From Paraspadella gotoi (taxonomy: Eukaryota > Animalia > Chaetognatha), in assembly GCA_051294375.1 (NCBI GenBank), contig CM119264.1:2664005-2728004 (forward strand): 64,000 nucleotides of DNA. The letters run 5' to 3'. The first letter of the stretch is position 1. Each line of letters opens with the position of its first letter. Below the pieces are notes generated by a model. The model saw nothing but the letters and a program-made list of their open reading frames with translations, ran no database searches and had not been told where the DNA came from. This document shows, piece by piece, positions 11,381-24,905 of the stretch. A program made the translations under genes and the position numbers.

Positions 11381-13526
11381 AGGTTCATAAAAAATGGAAG
11401 AAAGAAAAAAAACTATTTTCTTTTCTAATTTTTTTCTGTTTGAAGAATATGTTAAGTATGAAGGAAGACAAAGAGAAAGGCAGGAGAGTGAGACAGAGTC
11501 ACAGATAGGGAGAGAGAGAAAGAGAGAGAGGGGAAAAGTAAAACAGAGAGAAAAAGGAAAAAAGAAAATAAGGGAAAAGTAAAAATAAAGGAAAAGATCC
11601 CGAAGAAAAGTAGAGAAAAGGATTTGACGTTTTTNNNNNNNNNNNNNNNNNNNNNNNNNGTTGACGTCGTCGACGCCGCCTTTTCATTTCCGGTGACGCA
11701 GTTGACGCCGCAGCCGACGCCGCTGCGGCTGCCGCGGCGCTCGTCACGTTTAACCTCACCACGGAAACCAAAGTCGAATCTCACCTGGTCTCAGCCTCAG
11801 CAGCGAGATGCACGTGGCGAACATGACCGCGAGATCTTTCTCGCGGCTTGCTTTCTCTCACTTACTTTTCCTTACCTTTCTCTCTCAGTTTCTCTCACCT
11901 TGCCCTCTTTCTCTCACTCCTCTCCTTCTCCCTCTCCCCCTTCCTCCCATTCTCCCTCTCCCCCTCTTCTTCTCCCATCCCCTCCATCTCCTCTCCTCCG
12001 TCTCTCTTCTTTCTCCTTTCCCCCCTTCCTCCCTCCTCCTCCCCGTCCTCCAAATGAGGATGATCCAGCATTCCCTCACCTGTTGGAAGTTCATTGCTTC
12101 TGCCAGTGCGGTTGCAATGCCGACCGTCGCCGCCGCCGCGGTCTCGATCCATTCGCCGCCACCGCCGCCGCCGCCTGGCAATAGGCGCATCCCTCTGCGG
12201 GCTTCTCTCTCGCCGGCGGGGAGGAGAGGAAGAAGAGGAGGAGAGAGGAGGAGGAGGAGGAGGAGAAGGGGAGGAGAAGGAAGGAAATGAGGAAGGGGGG
12301 ATCCAGTTCTTGTCTTCGCCCCAAAAAGTCAAACGAGTGGAGTATCTGGATGGGTTTTTTTTTTCCGGTAGGCTTGGGATAGTTTTTGGTGGATAGTGCT
12401 TGGGATAGTTTTTGGTGGATATGTGTTGGGATAGTTTTTGGTGGATATCTTAGCAAGTTTCGTGTAGATATGTTTTTTTTTTTTAATCGTCTTGGATTAT
12501 TTTTGAGGATTAGTCTCAGGATAGGAGTATTTTAGGATATTTAGGCTGGAGTTATCGGCGATTCCGTTTGGTGAAAATTTAACGATAGGTCGGCGATAAA
12601 TTCCAGTGAAAATGATTCGATTAATTCTGCGGTTTTAAACAAAAAGCGATTAGCTATTAATATTATTTTAGTTCATATTCAAACGTTTCAAACTAAAAAC
12701 AGACTGGAAAATTGTCACGAGTGAGTCTATTCGTGAAGTAGTTATTTATTATAACCCAGCTAGAAGACTTTTAAATCACTTTCATTAGATAATCTATTAA
12801 AACAAAAAGGAATTTTTACCCACTTTACGAATTTAACGAGAACAACTAAAATCTTTCTACTTTTTTTTGGACAAAAACAAGACCTTTAAGTTTAATGAGT
12901 TGCGCCGTAATGAATTTTTAAATATATACAGAATGATCGCGTGATTTGTTTTATTTCAAATTTCAACAAGGTTGATTCAGTACTACATGAGCATCAAAAA
13001 AAGCTAGACTAAAGACAAAACAAAGTTAAAGATTGCGTGAAAACTAGCACTCTAGACAAAACAAGGTTAAAGTTATTGATTACAATATTTCAATCATAAG
13101 AATGCGACTATTCTTTTGAGAACTATATTTTCGAACTATAGATATTAGAAATTCTAGAATTCTTAGAAATTGATGCATGTATTATCTGAGTTATAAGAAA
13201 TTTAAATGCTGATGGATTAGACTGATGGATTGATAAAAATAAAGAGGCCAACCAAAAATTGACTAGAGAGTCGTTCGCGAGTATCGCGGCGCACTCAGGA
13301 GGAGAAATTACGCAGGGCATCGTCGCTCAGGACCTCGGGACGACTTCAAAAACGGAAGGCGTGAAAATTTAAAAGAAAAAGGAGGAAAAAATTAAAGGAA
13401 AGGATAAAAGAAAAAAGAAAAAAAACAAAACAAATCGCCTGACAGATCGAGGGTGCCTGGTTTTTCGAGCCTGTTTATTGTTTTACGCACAAAAAAAAAT
13501 AGGAGGCGACATGGGAAAAACCATCT

Positions 13527-13609
<83 letters not shown>

Positions 13610-13932
13610 CCCTTCTTTAATTTTCTCTCTCCTTGCAAGAGATTCATGAACTTCCTTCTTTTTAATGAATTTTTGTACTGAGGGAGAGGAGAAAAAAAAA
13701 ATAGAGAGAGAGAGAGAGAGAGAGACGATACTCCCCGCTACCACACACTAAAAAAAAAAAACTCTGAGAAACGTAACAAACAAAGAGAAACCAAAGGAAG
13801 AATAAAAGTAAAGGAAGAGTAAGGCAAGAATTTGCTACATCGATTTGTAGTTGAGCCAAACAGAATTATCTCATAATGACTAACCTTCGCGTTTAAGTGA
13901 GAAAGAGAGAGGAGACACAGACCGCAAGAGAG

Positions 13933-13980
<48 letters not shown>

Positions 13981-14291
13981 CATAAAAAATGGGAAGAAAG
14001 AAAAAAAATATTTTCTTTTCTAATTTTTTCTGTTTGAAGAATATGTTAAGTATGAAGGTAAGACAAAGAGAAAGGCAGGAGAGTGAGAAGAGTCACAGAT
14101 AGGAGAGAGAGAAAGAGGAGAAGGGTGAAAAGTACAAAACAGAGAGAAAAGGAAAAAAGAAAATAAGGGAAAAGTAAAAATAAAGAAAAGAATCCGAAGA
14201 AAAGTAGGAAAAGGATTTGACGTTTTCCAAACCCGGGAAAAGAAGGCGCAAGAATTTCTACGTCCCATTTTGTTGCTATGGTGCGAGAGAG

Positions 14292-14329
<38 letters not shown>

Positions 14330-14569
14330 GTAAGGCCTGAAACGGTTTGTCTGATTCGCCCCGCTCTCTTCTTCCGCATAATTAACTTGAATACCATGCA
14401 CGCATGTTTTAGCATATAAATTGACACGTTAGCCTTTTGTATAATAACAAGAGGAAGGCAGAGATAAGCGAGTCAGACTTTCTATTCACAAATTCTTTTT
14501 TTTCTTTCACCCTTGATTCATAATCTTACCCTCTATGTCTTTGCTACTCTCTCTTCTCTTTTCTCTTTT

Positions 14570-14815
14570 CTTCCCCTTTTTCTCTTTTCTATCCTCTTTT
14601 TCTGTTCTACCCTCTCTTTTCTTTTTTAAATTCTCCCCTTCTTCTCTTCTCTACCCTCTCTTCTCTTTTCTACCCCTTCTCTTTTTTTATCCTCTCTTCT
14701 CCTTTCTACCCTTCTCTTTTCTTCACTCTAAAAACTTTTCTACCCCCTCTTTTCTAAATTATCCCTCCTCTTCTCTTTTCTACCCTCTCTTCTCTTTTCT
14801 ACCCTCTCTTCAAAT
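14570..14815. repeat. ~19-bp pyrimidine minisatellite CTACCCTCTCTTCTCTTTT
   Basis: Repeated CTACCCTCT...TTTT units forming the pyrimidine tract upstream of the 14854 exon. Confidence 0.75.
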
Positions 14816-14853
14816 TTCTCTTCTCTATTTATATCCCCCTCTCCTCCCTCCAG

Positions 14854-15069
14854 CCCCCTCTGTCGTCTGGACATCACGGACGGGCACCCCCAATCGAGCA
14901 CCCCCGCGACCGCCGGGCATCACCTCTCCCCTCCCGGATGTTCGACGCGGGTCTCTTCCCCCGGATCTAACCCGAGCTCTGTGTGCCAATCGCCGACGGG
15001 GGGAGGGCTGCCGCCGCCCGCCATCGTTTGCGAGGGAATCGACGGAGCATCGCGGGTGGGGGAGAAAAG
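14854..15069 (+). CDS. GPCR-like gene, internal Ser/Pro-rich exon (ICL3), 216 bp, phase 2-2
   Basis: CTCCCTCCAG acceptor (AG 14852-14853) and AAAG|GTAAGT donor (15070). The phase-2 frame is open: (D)PLCRLDITDGHPQSSTPATAGHHLSPPGCSTRVSSPGSNPSSVCQSPTGGGLPPPAIVCEGIDGASRVGEK. It is phase-compatible with the 9739 donor. Confidence 0.7.
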
Positions 15070-16150
15070 GTAAGTTCGAGGAGAGGGTGGGGTGAGGGGT
15101 GGGTAAGTTGGGTGAAAGTTGAGAAAATAGAAAAAAAGACGAAAATGTTAGTTCTTTTTTTTGGATTGTGATGTTAAAAAGGCGACAGAATGTTGGATTC
15201 CAGTTGATATTAAAAAAAAAAAAAGTTGCCACCGATTTTCTCGAATTGATTTTCGCGTTTGCAATCAACCAATCAAGCAAATCGATCGTTGCAAGCAAAT
15301 CGATCCCAGCAAGCAAATTGATTTTATTTTAAAAGGGGGAGCGGGTCTTACGATGACGACGACGACGACGACGATCACGACTCAGACAGTCACGATTCAC
15401 GATCACAACGAAGCGAACTGTGAAGGTGATAACAACATGATTGTGATGGTAATTAGAAAATTATTAGTGGGTAGGTTATCCGATTGGTTGGTTGTTTAGT
15501 TTTTTGATTGATTATTAATTGGTCTTTCCGCTTTTTCGGTAATTTTCTTGTTTGCTTTATTGATTAGTATTTTTGTTGTTAGATTGGTATTTTCAATGGT
15601 TGGCTGATTGATTCGTTGATTGGTTGTTGGATTCAATTCAGGAGAGGTTAAAAAATCTCCTATGTCAGCGACGACAACGACGACGACGACGATGACGACG
15701 ACGATGAGGGATCTCAACCCAAAATTAGGGATTAGGGTGATAAACAGGAAAGAGGAAAAAAGGTAAAAAAAGGATAAAAAGAGAAAAATAGAAAGGTTAG
15801 TAGAAGGAAAAAAAGAAAGGGGGGAAAAAAGGAAAGGACGAAAAAGAGAAAGGATGAATTTGCGTTCGTTACAGTGAACGACAGAACGAACAAAAAAAAA
15901 CCAATGACGGAGAGTGGCGACCGCGTAGTATTGTTCGGGCTGCCGTTCGCGAGCGGTTCGGGGCGCGGTGTTCCTGGTGATCTGGATATTACTGTGGTGC
16001 TGAGAATCGGCTCGACAACGCTTTCTGTCACGCATAGCTGAACTGGTAGTGCGGGCAGCTGTTAATCGACTCCGCTCACTGAAGAAAATTTAGAGAAATA
16101 AAACGAGCAAGGCACGCCCCCTTTTTCCTCCCCCCTTCCTTCCACCTTCT

Positions 16151-16238
<88 letters not shown>

Positions 16239-16280
16239 CATCCCTTCGTTTATCCCTTATCCTCATCGTCAATTAAACCT

Positions 16281-16328
<48 letters not shown>
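16281..16328. repeat. (AATC)n microsatellite
   Basis: About 12 perfect tetranucleotide units. Confidence 0.95.
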
Positions 16329-16329
<1 letters not shown>

Positions 16330-16927
16330 CCATTCCATCCTTAAGTCGCGATTCTTTAATATCATATTTAAATAAAAAATTTAAAAATATATATATTTTT
16401 TAAAGAAACAAAAATCCAGTAATTATCTTTATTCTTGACTACTTCACTATCAAACTTCAGTGACAACAACCCCTCTTTTACCCGAAATAAAACTAGGCTC
16501 TCACATTTTCTACGTTCTCATATATGCTCTCATATCTATCGCATATCTCATACTAAACTTCTTTCCATTCCAACTCCTTTTAACTACTTTTCCCTAATTT
16601 GCCCACTTCTGATCACTCCTGCCCACTTCTACTCACTCCTGCCCACTTCTACCCATTCCCACGCCTATCCACTTCTTATCCACAACCAGCCTTTTCTTTG
16701 TCCCCCCCCCGCCCCTTTCTCGTTGGAATCACTAACGAAGGCGAAACCGGAACTCGAATTGAAAAATCAGGTTTTTAGACGAAAAAAGGAAGGAAGGACG
16801 AGAAAGGAAGGATGAAAGGAAAAGGAGAAAAGGAAGAAGGGAGAGAAAGGAAAGGAGGAAAGGAGGAAAAGGTAAGAAAGGAAAGATAAGGAAGGTAGAG
16901 GAAGGAGAAGGAAAATCTACTTTTTTT

Positions 16928-17014
16928 AACAAGAGTTCCGGACCGCCTGCCACCAGAGATAGACAGACAGAACGACAGACAGACTAACTTATAACCGTCT
17001 CATAAAGTCGTCTC
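16928..17014 (-). mobile_element. Minimal HINE-like element
   Basis: Minus strand GAGACGACTTTATGAGACGGTTATAAGTTAG, then (TCTG)n, then GAACTCTTGTT: the same head, microsatellite, CTTGTT-end order as the larger copies. Confidence 0.4.
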
Positions 17015-17980
17015 AAGCCATGATCGAATCTCATTCTCAATTTTCCTGTCGCGATTAACTTTTTTCGGTTCGCGCAAAAGAAAAAAACGCTCGCTCTCAG
17101 TTGTTCGTCGTTTTTGTTCCGTCGGCCGCGGGTCCGTTCCTCGTTTTGTTCTTCGTTTTTTATCGCTCGTTTTATTTCGAGGTTTGATCGACTGGGAAGC
17201 GACCTTGACCTTGACTTATTTTCTGGTTTTTAAATTGATTTCTTTTTTCGATTTTTTTCAACGTTTCATTTTATTTTTAGTTTTATTCCGTTCGATTGGA
17301 ACCAAAGTTATTTGCTTTAACGTTGTCGTCATCGTAATAATGTTTATGGTTATTTGGGGAGGTCATAATGTACAGTATATGGAGGATCATTTCTGTATTG
17401 GGGATTCTGGTTGTTCAATAAAAAAATGTAAAAATCGCCAAAATTTGATAATTTTAAAAACTTGTTTAACAGTCAAAAGTATGTTTATTTTCATTTTAGA
17501 TATTCATTTCCAAAAGGTATTTTCATTAAAAAGTATTTTAAAACGCTAAAAATGTCTAAAAATATTCAAATTGGCCTATAAAAGCAATTAGTATTTGGGA
17601 AAAAATAAGAAAAATTTTAAAATTTGAGATTTTATCAAATCTACATATCTTTTAACTGTTACTAATAAGATATCATGGTTATCATAATTATACTATGTAT
17701 CACTTTTTCCTTAACATGTCCTTAACATGGATAATTTTTATATTGTTTGTACCAATTTTATAAATGAACACGGTGTAGTAGTTATCGTCAGCTCTCTCTT
17801 TTCTCTCTCCCGCTTAAAAGTTTAGTTTTCGCACGGTATAAATAAAATTTCTTTAGTCATTGGTTAATTATCTAATTAATCAAATATTTAATTTGCTAGT
17901 CGGCGGTTCGATGAAATTTTTTCGTACGTGCGTCATCATCGTAATCTCATCTGGTGCCTTTGATTTGGATTTCTGGGGAG

Positions 17981-18021
<41 letters not shown>

Positions 18022-18175
18022 AAAATTAGGTTTTTGATTCTGATTTTTCTTTTTGTTTTGACTTTTTTTCTAGTCCGCCGCTTTATACACCTTTATCCGC
18101 CTTCACCCAAGGCCTTCCTCACTGCTCCTTTAAACCGCCTTTTCTTCTACTTTTTCTGCTGCCACCACCCTTACG

Positions 18176-18420
18176 AGTCTGCCGCCGCCCGCCGATCTAA
18201 CCGCGTCAGGCCCGCCACCACCCCGCCGCCACCCCGCCGTCGTCCGGCCGCCGCCGCCGATCTAATCGCGTCAGGCCAGCCGGGCACCCCACACGTGTCC
18301 GCCGCCGCCGCCGCCGTCTAAACCGCGTCAGGCCCGGCCGCCCACCCGCCGTGTCCGCCGCCGCCGCCGCCGTCTAACCGCGTCAGGCCCGCCGCCACCC
18401 CGGCGTGTCCGCCGCCGACC
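18176..18420. repeat. GC-rich ~55-60 bp minisatellite, 4 copies
   Basis: Unit approx. GCCGCCGCCGTCTAACCGCGTCAGGCCCGCCGCCACCCCGGCGTGTCC. Immediately followed by a HINE-like head TTTTAGTCGCGTCGCTGGGCGAAGCGACTCTATA (18435-18467). Confidence 0.85.
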
Positions 18421-18919
18421 GCATTCTTCTCTGTTTTAGTCGCGTCGCTGGGCGAAGCGACTCTATAGTTTATCCGTCAGATAAAATATTAAAAAAAAAA
18501 AATAATGATGTGGGAATATTATTTGAACGATGAAGTGTGAAGAAATGAGTAATTAATTGAAGATATAAATGTCAAGTTTAAAAATTAATCAAGAAATTAA
18601 CCTATCGAAATTTCCCAAAATGAAAGTAAAAAAAAAAAAATTACAACTTCTCATTAAATCCATGACTTGTTCGCTCTTTAGCGATTCTTGTTAGATTTAC
18701 GACTTTCCCAACCTAATTACCATTTTTTTCTTTTCATTTTTTACTTCCTTTAAAAAATAAAAATATAAAAAAAATATTATCTTCTTCGAAGAAAAGTTTT
18801 TTTCTTTATTTTTTTTTAAAGAATTTTTAAGAAGTTTTAATCTTTTTTTTTCTTTTTTTCCCCCACGCCTCGTTTGTTCGGCTGCAGGTTTCGCCATTAA
18901 ATCTCCTTCACCTTCTTTT

Positions 18920-18921
18920 TT

Positions 18922-19013
<92 letters not shown>

Positions 19014-19014
19014 T
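18920..19014. repeat. (CTTT)n microsatellite
   Basis: Perfect tetranucleotide run; explains the KERK ORF at 18697-19026. Confidence 0.95.
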
Positions 19015-19095
19015 ACTCCATTTCAATCGCCATTTTCTTCTATCCCTCTTTTAGTCCTTACCCTATCTTTTACTTCTCTCACATTAACCTTCCTT

Positions 19096-19145
<50 letters not shown>

Positions 19146-19617
19146 AAGGTTTTTTCTCCCTTTATACTTTCAGGCATCACATGACCAACTTTCTCAACAA
19201 AGCACTCTGTCTCAATCTCCCCTTAAAATTCCTATTCTCCCAAACTCGAGCAATCTAGCGTTCCTTCACAAAATATTTTTGTGTTTAAAATTTCATTTAA
19301 TATTTTGTTTAAAATTTCATTTAATATTTCCTCTTAATTTTAATTAGACATCTGTTTACTTTGACTTAAAGCAGCTAACGATTAAAACGTTCTCGTCTTA
19401 AGATATAGATCCTCTGGGCTCTAAGATGCAAATGAGATTTTTCGTCGTTTTCCTCAATGACATCAGCGACACTTCAAAGTTTTTCCTTCTTTTTTTTTCA
19501 TTCACTCAATAAATATTTCTTAATCGATTCTCGCTTTTTTTTCTTTTTCTTTTTTTTTTTCTTTCGGGTTTTTTGTTTCTTGGTTTCGCTTTCAAGTCCG
19601 CGAAATAAATTTCTCAA

Positions 19618-19862
19618 GGACGACAAAGATGATGACGATGAAGACGACGAAAATGATGACGACGATAACAAAGATGACGACGACAAAGATGACGACGATG
19701 AAAAAAATGACTACGAATGCGATGACGACTATGATGACAATGATGAAGAGGATGACGACAAAGGTGACAAAGATAATAACGACAACAACGATATAAACGA
19801 TGACAATGAGGTCTAACCAAACGATGACAACTATACCAAATAACGACGACGACGACGACGAC
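19618..19862. repeat. Degenerate (GAC/GAT/AAC)n trinucleotide tract
   Basis: Poly-Asp/Asn-like triplet repeat with no splice signals. Similar tracts occur at 53081-53137 and 57188-57510. Confidence 0.8.
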
Positions 19863-19997
19863 TAAGATTCTAATGATTAACTAATGGGGAGCTTAAGAAC
19901 AACCGGGGGCCATAAAGGGCCATCACTGGCTCACCAGGAGGCCCGAGGCTACGAGGCTAATTGACTTAATCTTAACCAAAACTATGATCGATAAAAC

Positions 19998-21345
19998 GAG
20001 ATTAAGACAAAACCAGATAGCCAGGGACGAACAAAGGACAAAGGGAAATTAAGACAAAACCACGATTAGCAGACGACAAAGGACAAATGAGATTAAGACA
20101 AAAACCATGGATAGCAGACGACATAAGGACAAAGGAGATTTAAGACAAAACCAGATAGCAGACGACAAAGGACAAAGGAGATTAAGACAAAACCAGATAG
20201 CAGACAAACGACAATAGGAGAGAAAATAGACAAAACGCACGATAGCAGACACAAAGGGACAAAGGCAGATTAAGACAAAACCAGATAGCAAGCACGCACA
20301 AAGGACACAAAGGAGATTAAGACAAAACCAATCGTAGATAGCAGACCGACAAAGGGACAAATGGAGGATTAAGCGACCAAAAACCACGATAGCAGATGCA
20401 GACGGACATAAGGACAAACAGGAGATTAAGACAAAACCAGATAGCAGACGACAAAGGACAAAGGAGATTAAGACAAAACCATGATAGCAGACGACAAAGG
20501 ACAAAGGAGTCTTAAACAAAACCGACGATGAGCAGACGACAAAAGCGACAAAGAGGATTAAGACAAAACCAGATAAGCAGACCGACAAAAGCCGGACAAA
20601 GGCATGATTAAGAATCAAAACCAAGAGCTCAGCGACGGACATAAGGACAAAGCGAGATTAAGACAACAACCCAGATAGCCACGACGACAAATGTGAACAA
20701 AGGAGTATTAGACAAACAGATCTATCCTAGACGACAAAGGACAAAGGAGATTAAGACACAACTCAGATTAGCAGACGACAAAGGACAAAGGGCAGATATA
20801 AGACATAAAACCAAGGATAGCAAGACGGACAAAGGACAAAGGGCAGATATTAAGACTAAAACCAAAGATAGAGGCAGAACGATCAAAAGCGAAAGAGAAG
20901 GATTAACAGAAACAAAACCAGATAAGACGACAGACAAGACGTATAATAACAACCAACGGACCACGAAGACCAAAGGAGAACTTAAACGAACACAACACCA
21001 GACTTGAAGCAAGGACAAAGAACAAACGAATAACAATGACCAAACCAGATAGCAGACGATTAGAAGGACAAAGGGTTAACGACATAACCATGCATACGAC
21101 AATAAGGACAAAGGAGTATTAGCAAACTAGGGATAGCAACGACAAAGCCGACAAGAAGGATATTAAGACAAGAACCAGAAGACCAGCACGACAAAGGACA
21201 AAAGGCAGGTTAAGACAAATACCATAGAGCAGACTCGACAAAGTGACAATATGGAGATTAAGACAGAACATGATAGCAGCGACGACAAAGGCGACAAAGA
21301 GATCTTGAAGGACAAAACCAGATAGCAGACGACAAAGGACAAAGG
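19998..21345. repeat. 42-bp tandem satellite, ~30 copies
   Basis: Consensus GAGATTAAGACAAAACCAGATAGCAGACGACAAAGGACAAAG, contiguous units with heavy indel noise and no unique spacers. Confidence 0.92.
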
Positions 21346-21823
21346 TATAGGATTTCTATAAAAACTAAGACACAAAACTTTTTGGGTCGAAAATAATAAA
21401 TTAGAAAATAAAAAATCCCCTCACCTGGATTTAGATTTACTTAAAGATTTTTCAGACATTTTATCGAATTCGTAGATTTTTTTTTCTCTTCTTTCTTGGA
21501 TTTATTCATGCGATTCTGTTGAGAAGGAGAAAAGCAGCTGCTACTTTGGCGCAAAGCCGATAATCTGTTTCTCTGCTTAAAAATGCAAATTGAGATTTAA
21601 TTAAAACAGAGGAAACAAAAGAAAAAAAAACGTATTTATAAATAAAAACTTGTCTGACAGATCAATAAATTATCTAAATTCGTTCAACACAGGATTGAAA
21701 TATTAACCTTCAAACCAGTTCCTAAAATCTTTCTACTCGATCAACCACAGTTTTTTGAATTTCCCTTTAAATCTTCGTCACAGAGCGATTTTCTCAAAGC
21801 GATCCTGTAATTCAAAAAAGAGA

Positions 21824-21923
<100 letters not shown>

Positions 21924-22080
21924 CGTTCAAATCAATAATTCTCTCCTTCGGTCGCGAGAGAATGGGTAAGAATTGAAAAAAAATAGGAAACGCGCCCACT
22001 GAATTCGAAAACGCGCCCACTGAATTCGGGAAAAAGGGGAATTTTTTCCCCCCTTTCATTTCGTTTTCTCGTTTCCTTTT

Positions 22081-22330
22081 CGACCACCTCCGCGCCACGC
22101 GCCCCGCTACGCACCCCCGCATGGCACGCCCCGCACCCAGCCCTCACGTGCTCCGCCCGGGCAAACGATCCGCCTCTCGCCGATTCAGTCACCCATTTTC
22201 TGCAGAACTATTCTCGTCTCTCACGCAGCGGCCGAGCAAAACGAGAGGAGAAAAAAAAACCTAGCCTTGACTTTTTTCCTTATTATTTCGCCGCCGTTGT
22301 TCATTCTGCTCTGCTCTCTAACTCTCTCTC
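22081..22330 (+). CDS. GPCR-like gene, end of ICL3 and TM6-like segment
   Basis: After a pyrimidine tract, one open frame reads RPPPRHAPRYAPPHGTPRTQPSRAPPGQTIRLSPIQSPIFCRTILVSHAAAEQNERRKKNLALTFFLIISPPLFILLCSL: a basic cluster followed by a hydrophobic FxLC segment typical of TM6. Splice sites not cleanly readable. Confidence 0.45.
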
Positions 22331-22739
22331 TCTCTCTCTCTGCCTCTAGCTTCTCGCCTCTCTCTCTCCTTCCTGCTCTCTCTCCCGTCTCTCTCTCTCT
22401 CCTCTCTCCTTCTCTCTCTCTCTTCTCTCTCTCTTTCCTTTCTTTCCCTCCTTTTTCAGTCTTCAAGGGCCAGAGAGAAAACTTCGGCGCTGATTCTTGG
22501 TCGAGGGCATTTTTCGCTGGATTTTTTTTTCGTCTCGATATTTCGTTGTAGTTTCTAGATTTCTTTGTTTGGTTTGTATTTGTTTTTTATTTGTTTTTAT
22601 TTAAAAATTATTCATGCTAACATATTTCAACATACATCTTTGTCCATTCTTGCCGTCTTCATTGCTCTCCCCCACGCTCCCCCCAAGGGGTCTCCCCTCT
22701 ATCCCTCCCCCTTTCTATCCCTCCCCCCCCCCTTCTTAT

Positions 22740-23123
22740 CCCTTGGCCCCTCCCGCCCCGCAACAAAAGCTCGCACCTTCGAAGTCAAGAGTCCAAATTT
22801 AACGATCCGTTTCGGTTGGTTTCTTATTTTCCGGGGCTGACGGACCACAAAGCCCCCACCACGCGGATCCACTGCGGCGCCACACAAAAAGCTCACAGCC
22901 TTTCCACCCCAATGCCCACACGCGCGCACAACGGCTTCGGGTCTTAAATTTAGCATCCTTCCGAGGGGGCGAGAGAAAGGGGGGGCCCGAGGCGGCGGCG
23001 GCGGCGGCGGCAGGGCGAGGTTCTCGGCGTCCATTCCACGCAAACTTGGCCCCCTTAAAAAGATTATCACGGACCGGAAATGCTCGTGATGGATCTGGTT
23101 ATGATGGGAAACGAGGGAATAAG
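22740..23123 (+). CDS. GPCR-like gene, possible TM7 and C-terminal tail (noisy)
   Basis: CT-rich to GC-rich to AG-rich compositional pattern of an exon. NDPFRLVSYFPGLTD from 22801 resembles a noise-expanded DPxxY, followed by a (GGC)n poly-Gly tract. Frames are broken by indels. Confidence 0.3.
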
Positions 23124-24088
23124 GAAGTTCGAGGGTAAAAGGGGAAATGTGTGGGTAGAGTAGGGTAAGGTTGAGGAGAGGAAAAAAAGGTAAGGGGATT
23201 GGGAGGGAATAAGAGGTGAGTTTTGTGGGAAGAAGGTGAGGACGATTGGGTAAGTTAAGGGTGGATGTACTCATAGCGCGGAATGGGAAGAGAAAAAAAA
23301 GGTAAGTTTCGAGCGTCTACTGTCAGAGTCGAAGTCATTCGTTTCTAAGAAAACCGACCCGTCCGTCCGGCCGTTCCTTTCGTCCGTCCGTCTGTCCGTC
23401 TGTCCGTCTGTCCGTCACGTCCGAAGCGTCAGGCGTCAGCGGAGTGACGTTTTCTCGACGCGGAGTGAGAAGTGAAGGTGGCTGTGATGGGAGGGGGGGT
23501 GGTAGGTGGCGGTGAGAGGAGTGTAAGAGTTAGATTCTAAAAATATTACTAAATGAGATTGAATTCCTCAATCTCATTTGCATATAGTAGTAAATTACTT
23601 CAAGTTCGATTGATTTATGTACTGTTTTATTATTAAAAATGTGTTTAGATTTTACCTTGCTTTTTTTAACATTGTTCATTAGCTGAATTTATTCATAGAT
23701 GATTTTTATAATTGTTTTGATAGCATAATTATGACATTGATAATTGAGAGTTTATCTCTAGATTCTGACTATAGGAGTGTCGATGGGGAAGGCGAGTTTA
23801 GAACGGGGGGGGAGGCTGCTCGGAGAAGGCGAGGGGTTAGCACACCGAGAGAAGCAAGAAGGCAATAGTACTCTGCGGTGATTGATGTGTGACGGGAAAG
23901 GAAAGAGTTGGAGAAGGGGGGAGGCAAGGGGCGGGGGAAGTTGTGTGTGATGGTGTGGATTACGAAGGAGGAGGAGGAGGAGGAGTGGCTTTTGCTTTAT
24001 TGCTAATTTGTTACTTTCTTAGTTTCCCCATTTCTTTCCTTTCTTGGATGCTTTTTTTTTCATCATATCTGTAGTTCACCCAAAGCGT

Positions 24089-24285
24089 GACGCGGTGGCT
24101 CATTGAGTAAGGCCATCATCTTATGACCACGAGGTACCGGGTTCAATCCAAACTCGAGGACATTCGTCAACCGCCTTTGGAGCGTGGAAAACCCTCAAGC
24201 CTGGTTACAAGCCCATGGCTGCTAGAGGGCGTTAAAGAAGTTGAGGATAGTCATCTTCAGCCAACTTCGCGCTTTATCCACATAT
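24089..24285 (+). mobile_element. tRNA-derived SINE
   Basis: Pol III A box TGGCTCATTGAG (24096-24107) and B box GGTTCAATCC (24140-24149) at tRNA-like spacing. No acceptor stem closes; ~130 bp of non-tRNA body follow, then a CT-rich tail. Confidence 0.6.
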
Positions 24286-24493
24286 CCTTCTTTCTATCTT
24301 TCTCTCTGTCTCTCTCTCTATCTCTCACCCCCGCAAAAGTAACATTTGCAGAATTATTTTTTTCCTTTCGCATTTTTATCGCTGGACTGTTGTTCACAAA
24401 TTCTTTGTCCCTCGAGATTCAATGAAGAAGCGAAAGCAAATTTACGGTCGTAGTTCGTCTCTTTACTGCAGCAGACGAGATTCTTAACAGTTT

Positions 24494-24579
<86 letters not shown>

Positions 24580-24668
24580 GTATGTCTGCTTATGTATGAC
24601 TTTCTCTTTGACCTAAAAATGATTCGTTTTTAGCCCGATATTGCTAATGATCGTCTGCTGATGCTCCA

Positions 24669-24905
24669 GAAAAGATTTAGCCGATTCCCGGGAAAAGTTT
24701 TAGCCGATTCCTGCAAAAAAAATTTAGCCGATTCCCACTAAAAAATATTCAGACGAATCCCACAAAAATATTGAACCAATTCCCACGAAAAAAAATTAGC
24801 CAATTTCCAAAAAAAAACATACAGCCAATTCCCGCAAAAATATTTAGCCGATTTCCTCGAAAATATTTAGCCGATTCCCGCGAAAAGATTTAGCCGATTC
24901 CCGAG
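24669..24905. repeat. ~22-24 bp minisatellite AAAAATATTTAGCCGATTCCCGC, ~10 copies
   Basis: Recurrent TTTAGCCGATTCC / TAGCCAATTCC core separated by A tracts. Confidence 0.9.

Noticed and set aside
15875-16046. Additional exon after the TTCGTTACAG acceptor
   Set aside because: The phase-2 frame (SERQNEQKKTNDGEWRPRS...) stops at ~15977 and no good donor was found. Could be rescued only if the sequence has indels.
19457-19816. Asp-rich acidic protein ORF
   Set aside because: A degenerate GAC/GAT triplet repeat of a type common in this window, preceded by poly-T derived Phe runs and lacking splice signals.
19998-21345. 42-bp array as CRISPR, or as a membrane-protein gene (ORFs 20049-20642 etc.)
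   Set aside because: No spacers; the hydrophobic ORFs are the antisense translation of an A-rich satellite.
24089-24160. Functional tRNA gene
   Set aside because: A and B boxes are present, but the acceptor and anticodon stems do not pair and there is no adjacent poly-T terminator; better read as a SINE head.
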